A stretch of DNA of 64,000 nt from Prosthecobacter sp. (GCF_020439865.1 NZ_JAGRPF010000073.1:10927-74926); one strand, 5' to 3'; positions 18,124-27,834 are shown, counted from the first letter of the stretch. Notes: generated by a model from the letters alone, not told the origin. Translations and numbers: made by a program.

Positions 18124-18450
18124 TCAATAGTAGTGGTAGTTGCCGTACCGGTCGTAGTAGCCCTGCTGCTGCTGTTGCTGTGGGTGCCAGTTGCCGTTCC
18201 GATCATAGTAACCCTGCTGATAGCGGCCGTTGCTTTGATCCTTGGCATTGCCCAAGGCGTTGCCACCTAGAGCGCCGAGGCCGGCGCCAATGGCGGCACC
18301 TTCGAGTCCGCGACCGCTTTGATTGCCAATGATGCCGCCAACGGCGGCACCACCCAAAGCGCCCAGCACGGAACCGGTCTGAGCGTTAGGACCAGAGGCG
18401 CAGGAAACCAACGTGACGGCAGAGAGAAGCGTGAGGAGAGTGTTTTTCAT
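18124..18450 (-). CDS. Glycine-zipper lipoprotein with two GYYDRxGN repeats
   Basis: Lipobox TLVS|C, GALGGAAVGGIIG...GAAIGAGLGALGG zipper, Gln-rich linker. Confidence 0.85.
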   Translation of the reverse strand: MKNTLLTLLSAVTLVSCASGPNAQTGSVLGALGGAAVGGIIGNQSGRGLEGAAIGAGLGALGGNALGNAKDQSNGRYQQGYYDRNGNWHPQQQQQQGYYDRYGNYHYY

Positions 18451-18485
18451 AATTCACGATCAATGTGATGAACAAATTTGGTGGA

Positions 18486-18728
18486 TTAGTAGTAACGACG
18501 CTGCTGGCGGTCCTTGGCGTTGCCAATGGCGTTCCCGCCTGCCGCGCCGAGCGCACCACCGATCAGGGCGCCTTCGAGGCCTCGACCGCTTTGATTGCCG
18601 ATGATGCCACCTACCGCCGCGCCGCCAAGTCCGCCGATGACCGCGCCGCGCTGGGCGTTGGGGCCGGTGGCACAGGATGAAAACGACAGGGTGGAGAGGG
18701 TGAGGATGGAGAGGAGGATGTGTTTCAT
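18486..18728 (-). CDS. Glycine-zipper lipoprotein (tandem paralog of the adjacent gene)
   Basis: Lipobox FSS|C; the GPNAQ...GGAAVGGIIGNQSGRGLEG core is near-identical to the neighbouring gene. Confidence 0.85.
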   Translation of the reverse strand: MKHILLSILTLSTLSFSSCATGPNAQRGAVIGGLGGAAVGGIIGNQSGRGLEGALIGGALGAAGGNAIGNAKDRQQRRYY

Positions 18729-18937
18729 AGTCGTAGTTAGCTTACTCAAGCGATTTGCTTTGTCGCAAAATAGTCCCGCTTTGTTCACAAAGAAACCCAA
18801 ATTCCTGCCGAACTGGAACTCGCAGTCCCCAGTGGGGCGGGTTGCAACTGATCCGTCACCAGCCGGTGGGTTTCTTTATTTGACGGGCATTCTGCCAGCG
18901 GTTACAAACCTTGCCGCCTTCTGACTCTCATATTTCT

Positions 18938-19549
18938 ATGCAAGTTCGCTTTTTCATACGCTGCCTTCTGGCTGTTTCTCTTTTGGGTCTGACCGCTTCG
19001 CCGGTCAAAGCGGAGCAACTGCCGCTCGATCACCCTTGCGCCGCGATGGTGAAAAAGTACCTGACCGCCGTGGTCATGCAGGACTGGAAGACAGCGTCCA
19101 TGATGCTCGTCCCTTCTTCACTGGAGCGTCGTCAGCGCGAGACGGTCAACATCATCAAGTCTGCGCCCACCATGACCGATGAAGAGGCGATGCTGGCTGG
19201 CTACAACGTCAAGGGAGTGGGTGATTTGGAAAAGATGACTCCTCAGGAGTTTTATCAGGTGGATCGCGAAGCTTGGCACAAAAAGCTCAAACTCACCCCA
19301 GAGGCCACACAGCGGAAGCAGGAGACCCTCAAAATCACCGTGCTGGGCCTCGTCGAGGAGAAAGACAAAGGCTATGTGCATGCCACCGTGCGCACCTCGC
19401 AGGAAACGCTCACGGACAAAATCGAAGAGCTGTTCCTCATCTCCTTCATTCCTGATCCTACCGATCCCAAGAATTACCTTATCTCGCCCGAGATGAAGGA
19501 TCGTCCGGTCATCACACCGTTGGACGGCTCGGCTCCCAAGGAGAAGTAA
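18938..19549 (+). CDS. Secreted hypothetical protein
   Basis: Signal peptide ending VKA|E; typical codon usage; no family recognised with confidence. Confidence 0.75.
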   Translation: MQVRFFIRCLLAVSLLGLTASPVKAEQLPLDHPCAAMVKKYLTAVVMQDWKTASMMLVPSSLERRQRETVNIIKSAPTMTDEEAMLAGYNVKGVGDLEKMTPQEFYQVDREAWHKKLKLTPEATQRKQETLKITVLGLVEEKDKGYVHATVRTSQETLTDKIEELFLISFIPDPTDPKNYLISPEMKDRPVITPLDGSAPKEK

Positions 19550-19552
19550 ATC

Positions 19553-20671
19553 TCAGAGCATCGCCCTGAGCTCTGGTATCCGCACTTTGCCAAGCTCACT
19601 GCGCGGAATGGATCGCAGCAAGCGTGTTTCTTCAATGTGCTCAAAAGGCCTCAACTTATGGTTGAGGCCTTTTCGCAGTTGCTCGGCAACTGCGGCATTC
19701 ATGCAGCTCACGGCCAGCACCAGCCTGCTTTCCTTGCGTGCGTCCGGGACATCACAGACGGCCGCGTCGCCCTCGACTGAACCAAGTTGAAGTCGCAACG
19801 CATCGATTCGCTCTTGGATCGGTCCTAGGGACACCAGTTCTCCGAGAATCTTTACCGTGTTGGCCTCCCGGCCCACAAAGTATAAATGGCAGTTTCCTGC
19901 TTTCCTCTGTAAAACCACGCGATCACGCGTTCGCAGTCCTGTTTCGGGTGAGATGGGTTCCCAGAGCCAAGTTCTGCTCTCTTGAAATGCATATCCGCGG
20001 GCGAGTGCCTCACCACGCACGGTGAGAATGCCGTCTTCATCTGTATTGAGCTGCCATATCGGCAGCACCTCCATTTCCCCCCTGCTCGCCGATTGCGAAG
20101 CCACCTGTGAACCTGTTTCGGTCATGCCATACGTCCGCCGCACCGGCCAGCCGAGCTGCAAAGCCGATTCCTCAATATCCGGACTCAGCGCGCCACCGCC
20201 CACGAGCACGATGCGAATGGACTTCGGTGCTTTTAGTTTCGCTGCGACGATGTCAAACACCTGCGTCGGCACCAAGGAGGCGAGTGTCGCGCCGACGTTT
20301 TCGCATTGGCGCACAAAAACAGCGGCATCCCACTTGCCTCCCAGTCGCGTAACCGAGCTTCCGCCGACAAACGCACGTGCGAGGATGCCGAATCCTCCAA
20401 CATGGTAAATCGGCAGCGCCAGCAGCCAGTGATCACGTTCGGTGATTCCGTAGTGCGCGTTCACAGTGCGTGCGGAGATCAGCAGCTGCTCCTTCGTCAA
20501 TGCCACCCACTTGCGCTTTCCCTCCGTGCCGCTGGTTTGGAACAGGCACCATCCCTGTTCGCCAAATTCCCGTTCCAAAAACACCTGCAGGCCTTCCGCG
20601 CTTTCACCGGGAGCCAGCGCCACATGGGTCTCCATGCTTTCCCAGAACTCTCTGATCAGAAACGCTTCCAT
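19553..20671 (-). CDS. menE: o-succinylbenzoate-CoA ligase (compact AMP-binding enzyme)
   Basis: FQTSGTEGK P-loop, HVGGFGIL, SLVPTQ, LVGGG, TYGMTETGSQ; lies downstream of menC. Confidence 0.85.
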   Translation of the reverse strand: MEAFLIREFWESMETHVALAPGESAEGLQVFLEREFGEQGWCLFQTSGTEGKRKWVALTKEQLLISARTVNAHYGITERDHWLLALPIYHVGGFGILARAFVGGSSVTRLGGKWDAAVFVRQCENVGATLASLVPTQVFDIVAAKLKAPKSIRIVLVGGGALSPDIEESALQLGWPVRRTYGMTETGSQVASQSASRGEMEVLPIWQLNTDEDGILTVRGEALARGYAFQESRTWLWEPISPETGLRTRDRVVLQRKAGNCHLYFVGREANTVKILGELVSLGPIQERIDALRLQLGSVEGDAAVCDVPDARKESRLVLAVSCMNAAVAEQLRKGLNHKLRPFEHIEETRLLRSIPRSELGKVRIPELRAML

Positions 20672-20690
20672 TGCATCGAGAGCTACGTTT

Positions 20691-21656
20691 TCAACCCAGC
20701 TTTCGCCACGGCAAAGACTCCAAAACCTCGCCAAATCCCAGTCCGCCGCCGCTGCGGTCGGCCTCCAAAAAGCCGCCGTGTGAGCGCACGCGCTCGAAGA
20801 ATTCGTCTTTCTCGAAGAGATGCTCCGTACACAGTCCGCAAAAATCGAGAGGACGACATTCCGCCAGTGCAACGGCGGCTTCGTAGGCCGCGAACATCTG
20901 GCCGAGTGCATGATCCATCGCCGAAGTCAGCACGAGTGGCTGTTGCGGGTGTTTTTCAGCAACGAGACGCCAGTCACGTCGGCCGGGTTTTACCACGACG
21001 GCATCAAAGCCGTGCGTTCCACTCTTCCAGCCCTTGTCGAGCGCCAGTTTCACACCCCAGCGTTGGCGAACGGCCTCCCAGTCATCCGCGTCATACGGAA
21101 ACGGATCCTCCACGAAATCCAGTGCGCGATAAACACGCAGCGGCATGAACTCGATGAACTTCTCGAATGTCAGCCTGTCGAGCACGCCGTTGAAATCCAC
21201 GCGTAAGCGTACGCCCTGCGTCTCGAATCGCTTCGCACAGCCTTCGAGAAAGCGGATCGTCTCGCCGTAGTTCGCAAAACCCTTCGCCTTGATCGCCGGC
21301 CAGCCCTCCTCCATCACGCGTTGCATCTGCGGCTCCGTGTCCGTGGCAAAACTCCAGGAGTAGTGGCTGCGCGGAATTTCCAGCTCTTCGAACAAGCTCA
21401 CTCCTGCACGTCGTGCCGCGCCGTCGATCTCAGCGCAGCGCAGCGCCATCGCTGTAACGGGTGTCGTGATGCCTTCACCGAGCAGACGAAGCTGTTCTTC
21501 GACCGGTGCGTCGCCAAACTCAGGCCAGGGATGCACGCAGCCGTAGCCGCCATCCACACAGATCAATGCGCCTGCGAACACGCGGCGTTGTGATACCGCG
21601 TTCAGTGCCACGCCGCTGCGCAGCAGGTATTCATGAACATAAATGGGCGTGCTCAC
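20691..21656 (-). CDS. menC: o-succinylbenzoate synthase (enolase superfamily)
   Basis: HPWPEFGD, IKAKG (KxK), RVDFN, VEDP, ALD, VVKP and CGL; GTG start overlaps the menA stop. Confidence 0.85.
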   Translation of the reverse strand: MSTPIYVHEYLLRSGVALNAVSQRRVFAGALICVDGGYGCVHPWPEFGDAPVEEQLRLLGEGITTPVTAMALRCAEIDGAARRAGVSLFEELEIPRSHYSWSFATDTEPQMQRVMEEGWPAIKAKGFANYGETIRFLEGCAKRFETQGVRLRVDFNGVLDRLTFEKFIEFMPLRVYRALDFVEDPFPYDADDWEAVRQRWGVKLALDKGWKSGTHGFDAVVVKPGRRDWRLVAEKHPQQPLVLTSAMDHALGQMFAAYEAAVALAECRPLDFCGLCTEHLFEKDEFFERVRSHGGFLEADRSGGGLGFGEVLESLPWRKLG

Positions 21657-22549
21657 GGCATTACGTCCTTCGCTTTGACGATCGCCCAGCACATCAGCCC
21701 CGCGAAAGCGAGAAGCTGCGCTCCGCTCATTGCCAGCAGACGGTTGTGACCGCGGCTGGGTGGTTCGATGATGACACGCCATGCCACAAACAAGCCGATG
21801 GGCAGCGTGATGAGCGGCAGCGTGAAAGCGCGTGGCCAGCCCTGCTGAAACCAGTAGACTCCCGCTGCATGTGCGGCGAGGACCAGTGTCACGATTTCCA
21901 CTCGTGCAAATCCAACACCGAGGCGCACCGCGAGCGTCTTTTTGCCGGTCTGGCGGTCCTCTTCGACATCGCGCAGATTGTTGATGGCGATCAGGACGGT
22001 GCTCAGGCAGCCGATTTGGAATCCGGCGACGACGGCCGCTTCATACCACTCGCCGGTCTGCACAAACGCCGCGCCTGTCACGGCCACGAAACCGAAGAAC
22101 AGGATTACAAACAGCTCGCCCAGCCCGCGATACGCCAGCGGCATCGGTCCGCCTGTGTAACCGAAACAGAAATACAGCGATGGCAGGCCGATGAACAGAA
22201 TCGGCAGTCCTCGCGCCTCGAACAACGGCAACGCCAGCAGCGTTGCCACTGCGAGCATCAGCCACGCCGCGATGTTGACTGCCTTCGCCGAAGCCGCACC
22301 GCTCGCCGTGATGCGTCGCGGTCCGATGCGCGCGTGCGTGTCCGCGCCTTTGAGAGAATCGAGAGCGTCGTTGAAGAAGTTTGTCGCGATCTGCAGCGCA
22401 CCGCAGCTTCCCAGCGTGCACAGCGCCAGCGACCAGTCGAATTTACCCGAGATTTTCGCCGCCAGCGCACAACCGACCACCACAGGCGCGATCGCGGCCC
22501 CGAGCGTTTTCGGACGTGCGGCGGCGATCCAGTCGAAAATTGATGCCAT
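21653..22549 (-). CDS. menA: 1,4-dihydroxy-2-naphthoate polyprenyltransferase
   Basis: WIAAARPKTL, NFFNDALD..KGAD, YTGGP.PLAY.GLGE, NNLRDVEED...KKTLAVR. Confidence 0.93.
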   Translation of the reverse strand: MASIFDWIAAARPKTLGAAIAPVVVGCALAAKISGKFDWSLALCTLGSCGALQIATNFFNDALDSLKGADTHARIGPRRITASGAASAKAVNIAAWLMLAVATLLALPLFEARGLPILFIGLPSLYFCFGYTGGPMPLAYRGLGELFVILFFGFVAVTGAAFVQTGEWYEAAVVAGFQIGCLSTVLIAINNLRDVEEDRQTGKKTLAVRLGVGFARVEIVTLVLAAHAAGVYWFQQGWPRAFTLPLITLPIGLFVAWRVIIEPPSRGHNRLLAMSGAQLLAFAGLMCWAIVKAKDVMP

Positions 22550-22659
22550 GTGAGCGCATCAAAGACGAGGGCTCGCGTCAGCGCAAGCATCGCCACACGG
22601 AGCGCGAGTATGGCTTTAGCCTACTCGCCATTTTTTGGGCGATTGGCGACGCTGGGATG

Positions 22660-22691
22660 AAAAAGAGGCGAGTGGTCTTCGACACACTCGC
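22660..22691 (-). terminator. Intrinsic terminator after the PVC heme-protein gene
   Basis: Minus strand GCGAGTG-loop-CACTCGC followed by CTCTTTTT. Confidence 0.6.
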
Positions 22692-22697
22692 GCTCAG

Positions 22698-25499
22698 TCA
22701 TTTCGGCATCTCCACCTGGCCGTTGGACATCATGTAGGCGATGAGGTTCTTGACGTTCTCGTCTCCCAGAGCGGCCAGCAGACCTTCGGGCATCAGGGAA
22801 ACCGGCAACTGCTCCTGTTTCACGATCTGCGCGCGCTCGATCACGAGACGCTCGGCCGGAGTTTGCACGGTCAGGGTGCGTTCGGTCTGCTCGGGGATCA
22901 CGCCGGTGATCGTGCGGCCGTCCTTGAGGTTGAGCACGCTCACGCGGTAGTCGGCGGGGACGACGGCGCTCGGATCGAGAATGTTTTCAAGAAGGTATTT
23001 CAGGTTGTGGCGGTCGCTGCCGGTGAGTTCGGGGCCGATGGCACCGCCCTGGCCGTACATCTTGTGGCAGGCGCTGCACGCAGCGGTGAAGATCATGCGG
23101 CCTTGGGACGCATTGGCCTTCGCCAGAGTTTCCTTGCTCAACAGGGCTTCAAACTTCGCGAACTCGGCCTTCTTCGCCTCGGGTGTGTCGCGGATTTCAC
23201 CCCAGACCTGCGTCAGCAGCTCGTTGACAGCCGGATCGTTTAGGCTGCGAATCTGCCGCGCCTGGAAGGGCGAGATCGCCGATGCGGGCACCTTGCCTGC
23301 CTTCACGGCTTCGAGCAGCACTTTGGCATAGCTGGCGCGCGAGGTCAGCGTGGCAACCGTGGCGGCCTGCTGCTCCTCGCTGCGCACCGGCCATGCGTTG
23401 GTGAGCTGCTTCGCAATGCTCGGATCGTCGTAGGCTGCCAGCGCGCTGCGTGCCGCCGTGCCGAGCACCTTGTCGTTGATCAGGCTGCGGATGACCGACA
23501 GCAGTTCGGGTTTGGCATTGCGGGTGAGGCCGGCGAAGGCGTTCGTGCGGGCGTTGGCGTCGCCGTCGTTGTTTTTGACGATGGCGATGAGTTCATCCGT
23601 CGCACGACCGCTGCCGAAGACGACGGAGAGGTTGCGGCCGATGGTTTTGAATTCCTCGCTGGCGTTCGTGTCGAGCGCCTTGGCCACTTCGTCCCAGCCT
23701 TTCGGCTTCTTGGCGCCGCTGAAGCCGTCGAGACCGGCGGCGAGGCCGCGCATCACATCTTCACGCGCATTCGCGTCGCTGACGACCAGCGCCACGAGCG
23801 CATCGACGGCCTCGGGCTTCGCTTCGATCATCTCGGCGATCCGACGCGCCACGAGGCGGCGCACGGTGGGGATCTTCGCCTCGCGGATGAGCTCCACGCC
23901 ATTCATCGGGTCCGCCGCCACCGCCGGCTCGATGCCATACCAGATCATGAGCGGCTGCTGCCGGTCGTTCGCGTCTTCCTCATGCTTCGCCAACGCCGTC
24001 GCGATGGGCCAGCGGGCCTCGAGCGGAAGACGCTGAAGCGCGGAAGCGAGGTGGAGGCGGACGAGGCCATCTTTGCTTTGAGCATCCTCAACGATGCTGG
24101 TGCGGCGTCCTTTTTCTTGATAGCCTCGCTCAAAGAGTTGTTGGTCAGCAACTCGCTTCCACCAGTTGTTTTTTCCTTCATAAAACTTGGCCAATTCCTC
24201 ATCCTTCATCGCCGCCACGTTGATCGGCTCCGACTTCTTCGGCTCCCCATACACGATCTTGTAAATCCGCCCGCTGGTGCGGTGGATGCCGTCGCTGTCG
24301 TGGCATTCGCCGCTGTCGCTCCAGTCGGAGACGATGACATTGCCGTCGGGGCAGGTGAGGAGGTCGATGCCGCGGAACCATTTGTCCTTGGCCTTCATGA
24401 AGTCGGGCGCATGCTTGCCGACGTAGCCGCAGCCCTGGCGCTCCAGCTTGTCCACGTTGATGCGGTTGCCGTGCAGGTTGCAGGTGAGGACGGCGCCCTC
24501 GTATTCCTTCGGCCAGAGGCCGCCCTGATAGATGAGCATGCCCACGTGCGCGTGGCCGCCGCCGAGTTCGTCGGTCTTGCCGGTGACGCCGAGCTTGCGG
24601 ATGTCGCTCCAGCTCTCCGCGCCGGTGTCCCAGTGAAAATGATCGGCGGTCTGCTCGATGATTTCATAGACGTGCGGATTGAGATGCGTGCCGAACATGC
24701 GGCGGTAATACGCGCCGGGGATGGCATGCCAGAGGTGGCCGATGACGGTGTTGATGAAGAAGAGCTCGCCGTCCGCGTTCCAATCGTGGCCCCAGGAGTT
24801 CGTGCCGCCGTGGCAGACGACTTCGAAGACCTTCCGTGTCGGGTGATAGCGCCAGATGCCGCAGTTGATCTTGGTGCGCTTCTCCAGCGGTGTGCCGGGC
24901 GCGCCGACGGCGGAGGTGTCGGTGATGCCGTGGCGGCCGTAGAGCCAGCCATCCGGGCCCCAGCGCAGGCCGTTGACGATGTTGTGGCCGATGGTCTTCA
25001 CGTTGAAGCCGTCGAGCAGCACCTCGGGATCGCCATCGGGCACGTCGTCGCCGTTTTTGTCGGCGATGAAGCTCAGCGTGCCGTTGTGCAGCACCCACAC
25101 GCCGCCGTAGCCGATCTCGACGCTGGTGAGGTAGCTGCCACCTTCCCAGAAGACCTTCCGGCCGTCGTGTTTGCCGTCGTTGTCCTTGTCCTCGAGGATG
25201 ATGATGCGATCACGCAGCTTCGTGTCCCAGCGCATGGGGTTCTCGGCGTAGGTGTAGTTTTCCGCGACCCACAGGCGGCCCTTCGCATCCCAGTTCATCG
25301 TGATCGGCTGCTGCACATCGGGTTCGGCGGCAAAGACGACGCATTTGAATCCCGGTGGCAGTTCCATGCTGGCGGCGGCTTCTTCCGCTGGCATCGGATC
25401 ACCCTTCTCGGTGTTGAAGATAGCCGGGAATTCGTCCGCCAGCGATGCGACAGTTGAAAAGGACAAGAATGACAGAAAGGCGGCGCGACGTATGCTCAT
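22698..25499 (-). CDS. PVC-type membrane-bound dehydrogenase-domain / heme-binding (CxxCH) protein
   Basis: Signal peptide; FAAEPDVQQPI..WD..GRLWV, NGLRWGPDGWLY, GRIYKI beta-propeller motifs; HEAT-like helices; CSACH; IGPELTGS.R...YLLENILDPSA; SLMPEGL. Confidence 0.92.
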   Translation of the reverse strand: MSIRRAAFLSFLSFSTVASLADEFPAIFNTEKGDPMPAEEAAASMELPPGFKCVVFAAEPDVQQPITMNWDAKGRLWVAENYTYAENPMRWDTKLRDRIIILEDKDNDGKHDGRKVFWEGGSYLTSVEIGYGGVWVLHNGTLSFIADKNGDDVPDGDPEVLLDGFNVKTIGHNIVNGLRWGPDGWLYGRHGITDTSAVGAPGTPLEKRTKINCGIWRYHPTRKVFEVVCHGGTNSWGHDWNADGELFFINTVIGHLWHAIPGAYYRRMFGTHLNPHVYEIIEQTADHFHWDTGAESWSDIRKLGVTGKTDELGGGHAHVGMLIYQGGLWPKEYEGAVLTCNLHGNRINVDKLERQGCGYVGKHAPDFMKAKDKWFRGIDLLTCPDGNVIVSDWSDSGECHDSDGIHRTSGRIYKIVYGEPKKSEPINVAAMKDEELAKFYEGKNNWWKRVADQQLFERGYQEKGRRTSIVEDAQSKDGLVRLHLASALQRLPLEARWPIATALAKHEEDANDRQQPLMIWYGIEPAVAADPMNGVELIREAKIPTVRRLVARRIAEMIEAKPEAVDALVALVVSDANAREDVMRGLAAGLDGFSGAKKPKGWDEVAKALDTNASEEFKTIGRNLSVVFGSGRATDELIAIVKNNDGDANARTNAFAGLTRNAKPELLSVIRSLINDKVLGTAARSALAAYDDPSIAKQLTNAWPVRSEEQQAATVATLTSRASYAKVLLEAVKAGKVPASAISPFQARQIRSLNDPAVNELLTQVWGEIRDTPEAKKAEFAKFEALLSKETLAKANASQGRMIFTAACSACHKMYGQGGAIGPELTGSDRHNLKYLLENILDPSAVVPADYRVSVLNLKDGRTITGVIPEQTERTLTVQTPAERLVIERAQIVKQEQLPVSLMPEGLLAALGDENVKNLIAYMMSNGQVEMPK

Positions 25500-25550
25500 A
25501 AAGTGGGACTTTCTCAAACGCCCGCGTGGCAGGCAATCTTCAATTCATCC

Positions 25551-27779
25551 ATGAAACACATTCTCCTTCTGTTCTCGGTGTTTTCAGCGTGTGCCGTGGC
25601 CAGTCTCAACGCCGCTCCCAAGAGCGCCGCGAAACCCAAGGCGCCCGCCGCGCATACGGCCGCTGATCTGGCCGAGACGATCCGGCCTTCGCTGGTCAAG
25701 ATCACCCAACTCGGACGCGAGGGCACGGACGGCATCGGCTCCGGATTTATCGTGAGTGACGACGGCCTGATCGCGACGAATCTGCACGTCATCGGTGAAG
25801 CTCGTCGCCTGCAGGTGGAGATGCACGACGGCAAAACGCATGATGTTACCGTGGTTCAGGCCAGCGACAGCCACCTCGATCTCGCGTTGCTCAAGATCAA
25901 CGCCAAGGGCCTCAAGCCGCTGCCTTTGGGCGATTCCAGCAAAGTACGTCAAGGTGATCCCATCGTCGCTATGGGCGCGCCGGAGGGTCTCGCGTTCAGC
26001 ATCGTGCAGGGCGTGCTTTCCGCGACGCGCGACATCGACGGTCAGGAGATGCTGCAGGTGGCCGTGCCGATCGAGAAAGGCAACAGCGGCGGGCCCCTGC
26101 TCGACATGCAGGGTAGGGTGCTCGGTCTGCTCACGCTCAAATCGCTGAAGACGGAGAACCTTGGCTTCGCCATGCCGGTGAACGAATTGAAGAAGCTCAT
26201 CGAGACGCCGAATCCGGTGCCGATGTCACGCTGGCTGACGATTGGCGTGCTGAATTCGAAACTGTGGAAGACGCATCTCGGCGCGCAGTGGACGCAGCAC
26301 GCCGGTGTGATCCGCTCCGAATTTCCCGGCGAGGGATTCGGTGGCCGGGCGCTCTGTCTTTCCACGCAGAAAGTGCCCGAGGGCACCTTCGAGGTCAGCA
26401 CCACCGTGCGGCTCGATGACGAATCCGGCGCGGCGGGCCTCACCTTTTGTTCCGATGGTGGCGACAAGCACTACGGCTTCTATCCTTCCGGCGGCAAGCT
26501 GCGGCTCACACGCTTCGACGGGCCGGATGTCTATTCGTGGACGATCCTCGCCGATGTGCCGAGTGATGCCTACAAGCCGGAAGACTGGAATGCGCTGCGC
26601 GTCCGCGTGGAGCCCGAGCGCATCGTGTGTTTCGTGAACGGTGTGCAGGTCATCGAGAGCAAGGACGACGGTCTGCGTGGCGGCAGCGCGGGGCTGTGCA
26701 AATTCCGCACGACGGTGGCCGACTTCCGCAACTTCCGCATCGGGACAGATCTCGCCGAGAAGCCGCTGCAACCCGAACTAGCCTCGAAGTTGCGTTCCGA
26801 AGTCGAGCAATACATCGCCGCAGCCGCCAGCAGTGACAAGACGCTCGACGGCCTGCTGCAAAACCCTGCCGCTGCGCGTCGCGTGCTCGTTGAGCAACGG
26901 CGCAAACTCGAAGAAGACGCCACCAAGCTGCGCGAGCTCGAACGCGAACTGCACCGTCGTGCGATGACGAAAGAAATCCTCGCCGAGCTCGAGAAGCCCG
27001 AGCCTGAAATCAATCTGCTGCGCTGCGCGCTGCTGCTCGCGCGTCACGACAATCCGGAGATCGACGTGGCGTCCTACCTGAGCGCCTTCAAGGCGATGGT
27101 GGCCGATTTGAAGGACGATCCTGAGATCAAGAAAGGCACGATTCCCGCGGTGAAGCGGCTCAACCGCTATCTGTTTGATGAGAACGGCTTTCACGGCAGC
27201 CGCGGCGACTACAGCAACCGCTCCAACAGCTACCTCAACGAAGTCATCGATGATCGCGAAGGCCTGCCCATCACCTTGAGCGTGCTCTACGTCGAGCTGG
27301 CGTCCGCGCTTGGCGTGCAGGGCGTGTTTGGCGTGCCGCTGCCCGGGAAGTTCATGGTCGGCTATCGCGACGGACCCGAAGGCGAACTTCAGCTCATCGA
27401 TGTCTTCGAGCGCGGCAAACTGCTCACGGTGGAGCAGGCGGCGATGGATCTCACCGATGACGGCCACTTTCCCGAAGGTGCACTCGCCCCCACGACCAAG
27501 CAGGCCGTGCTGCTGCGGATGCTGCGCAACCTGATGAGCAGCGTATTCGACGACAGCCGCTCGCTGCGTGAGTCGCTACCGTATTTGAACCTGGTGATCG
27601 CCATCGATCCCAAGTCCGCCGCCGAGCGTCTCACTCGCGCGCAGATGCGTCAGCGTCTTGGTGAAAAGGCCGGTGCACGCGAGGACGTGAACTGGCTCAT
27701 TGACAATTTTCCTGAAGACGGGCCGCCTGAACTCATGCAGCAGCTCGACCGCTGGATGCAGTCGTTGCGGGAGGAGTAG
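25551..27779 (+). CDS. Secreted trypsin-like serine protease fused to a DUF1080/ConA-like domain and a SirB1 transglutaminase-like/TPR domain
   Basis: Catalytic triad TNLHV / DLALLK / GNSGGP; beta-rich middle (WNALRVRVEPERIVCFVNG); NSYLNEVIDDREGLPITLSVLY and GVPLPGKF motifs. Confidence 0.85.
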   Translation: MKHILLLFSVFSACAVASLNAAPKSAAKPKAPAAHTAADLAETIRPSLVKITQLGREGTDGIGSGFIVSDDGLIATNLHVIGEARRLQVEMHDGKTHDVTVVQASDSHLDLALLKINAKGLKPLPLGDSSKVRQGDPIVAMGAPEGLAFSIVQGVLSATRDIDGQEMLQVAVPIEKGNSGGPLLDMQGRVLGLLTLKSLKTENLGFAMPVNELKKLIETPNPVPMSRWLTIGVLNSKLWKTHLGAQWTQHAGVIRSEFPGEGFGGRALCLSTQKVPEGTFEVSTTVRLDDESGAAGLTFCSDGGDKHYGFYPSGGKLRLTRFDGPDVYSWTILADVPSDAYKPEDWNALRVRVEPERIVCFVNGVQVIESKDDGLRGGSAGLCKFRTTVADFRNFRIGTDLAEKPLQPELASKLRSEVEQYIAAAASSDKTLDGLLQNPAAARRVLVEQRRKLEEDATKLRELERELHRRAMTKEILAELEKPEPEINLLRCALLLARHDNPEIDVASYLSAFKAMVADLKDDPEIKKGTIPAVKRLNRYLFDENGFHGSRGDYSNRSNSYLNEVIDDREGLPITLSVLYVELASALGVQGVFGVPLPGKFMVGYRDGPEGELQLIDVFERGKLLTVEQAAMDLTDDGHFPEGALAPTTKQAVLLRMLRNLMSSVFDDSRSLRESLPYLNLVIAIDPKSAAERLTRAQMRQRLGEKAGAREDVNWLIDNFPEDGPPELMQQLDRWMQSLREE

Positions 27780-27832
27780 GAGGGCAGACCTCTGTGTCTG
27801 CCGAATTCGGCAAGGCTGGAGCCTTGCCCTCC
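27779..27832. repeat. Pair of inverted GGAG-tagged palindromic units (REP/BIME-like) between convergent genes
   Basis: GGAGGGCAGACCTCTGTGTCTGCCG-AATT-CGGCAAGGCTGGAGCCTTGCCCTCC; each half forms its own hairpin. Confidence 0.65.
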
Positions 27833-27834
27833 GA

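Noticed and set aside
18781-18789. Single DnaA-like 9-mer TTGTTCACA
   Set aside because: An isolated one-mismatch box is expected by chance in 64 kb.
20672-20911. N-terminal extension of menE given in the ORF track
   Set aside because: Overlaps the 3' end of menC in another frame and is not MenE-like; the start was moved to 20671.
23982-25457. 491-aa plus-strand ORF (and 1089-2267, 2637-4148 on the minus strand)
   Set aside because: Shadow ORFs opposite well-supported GC-rich genes.
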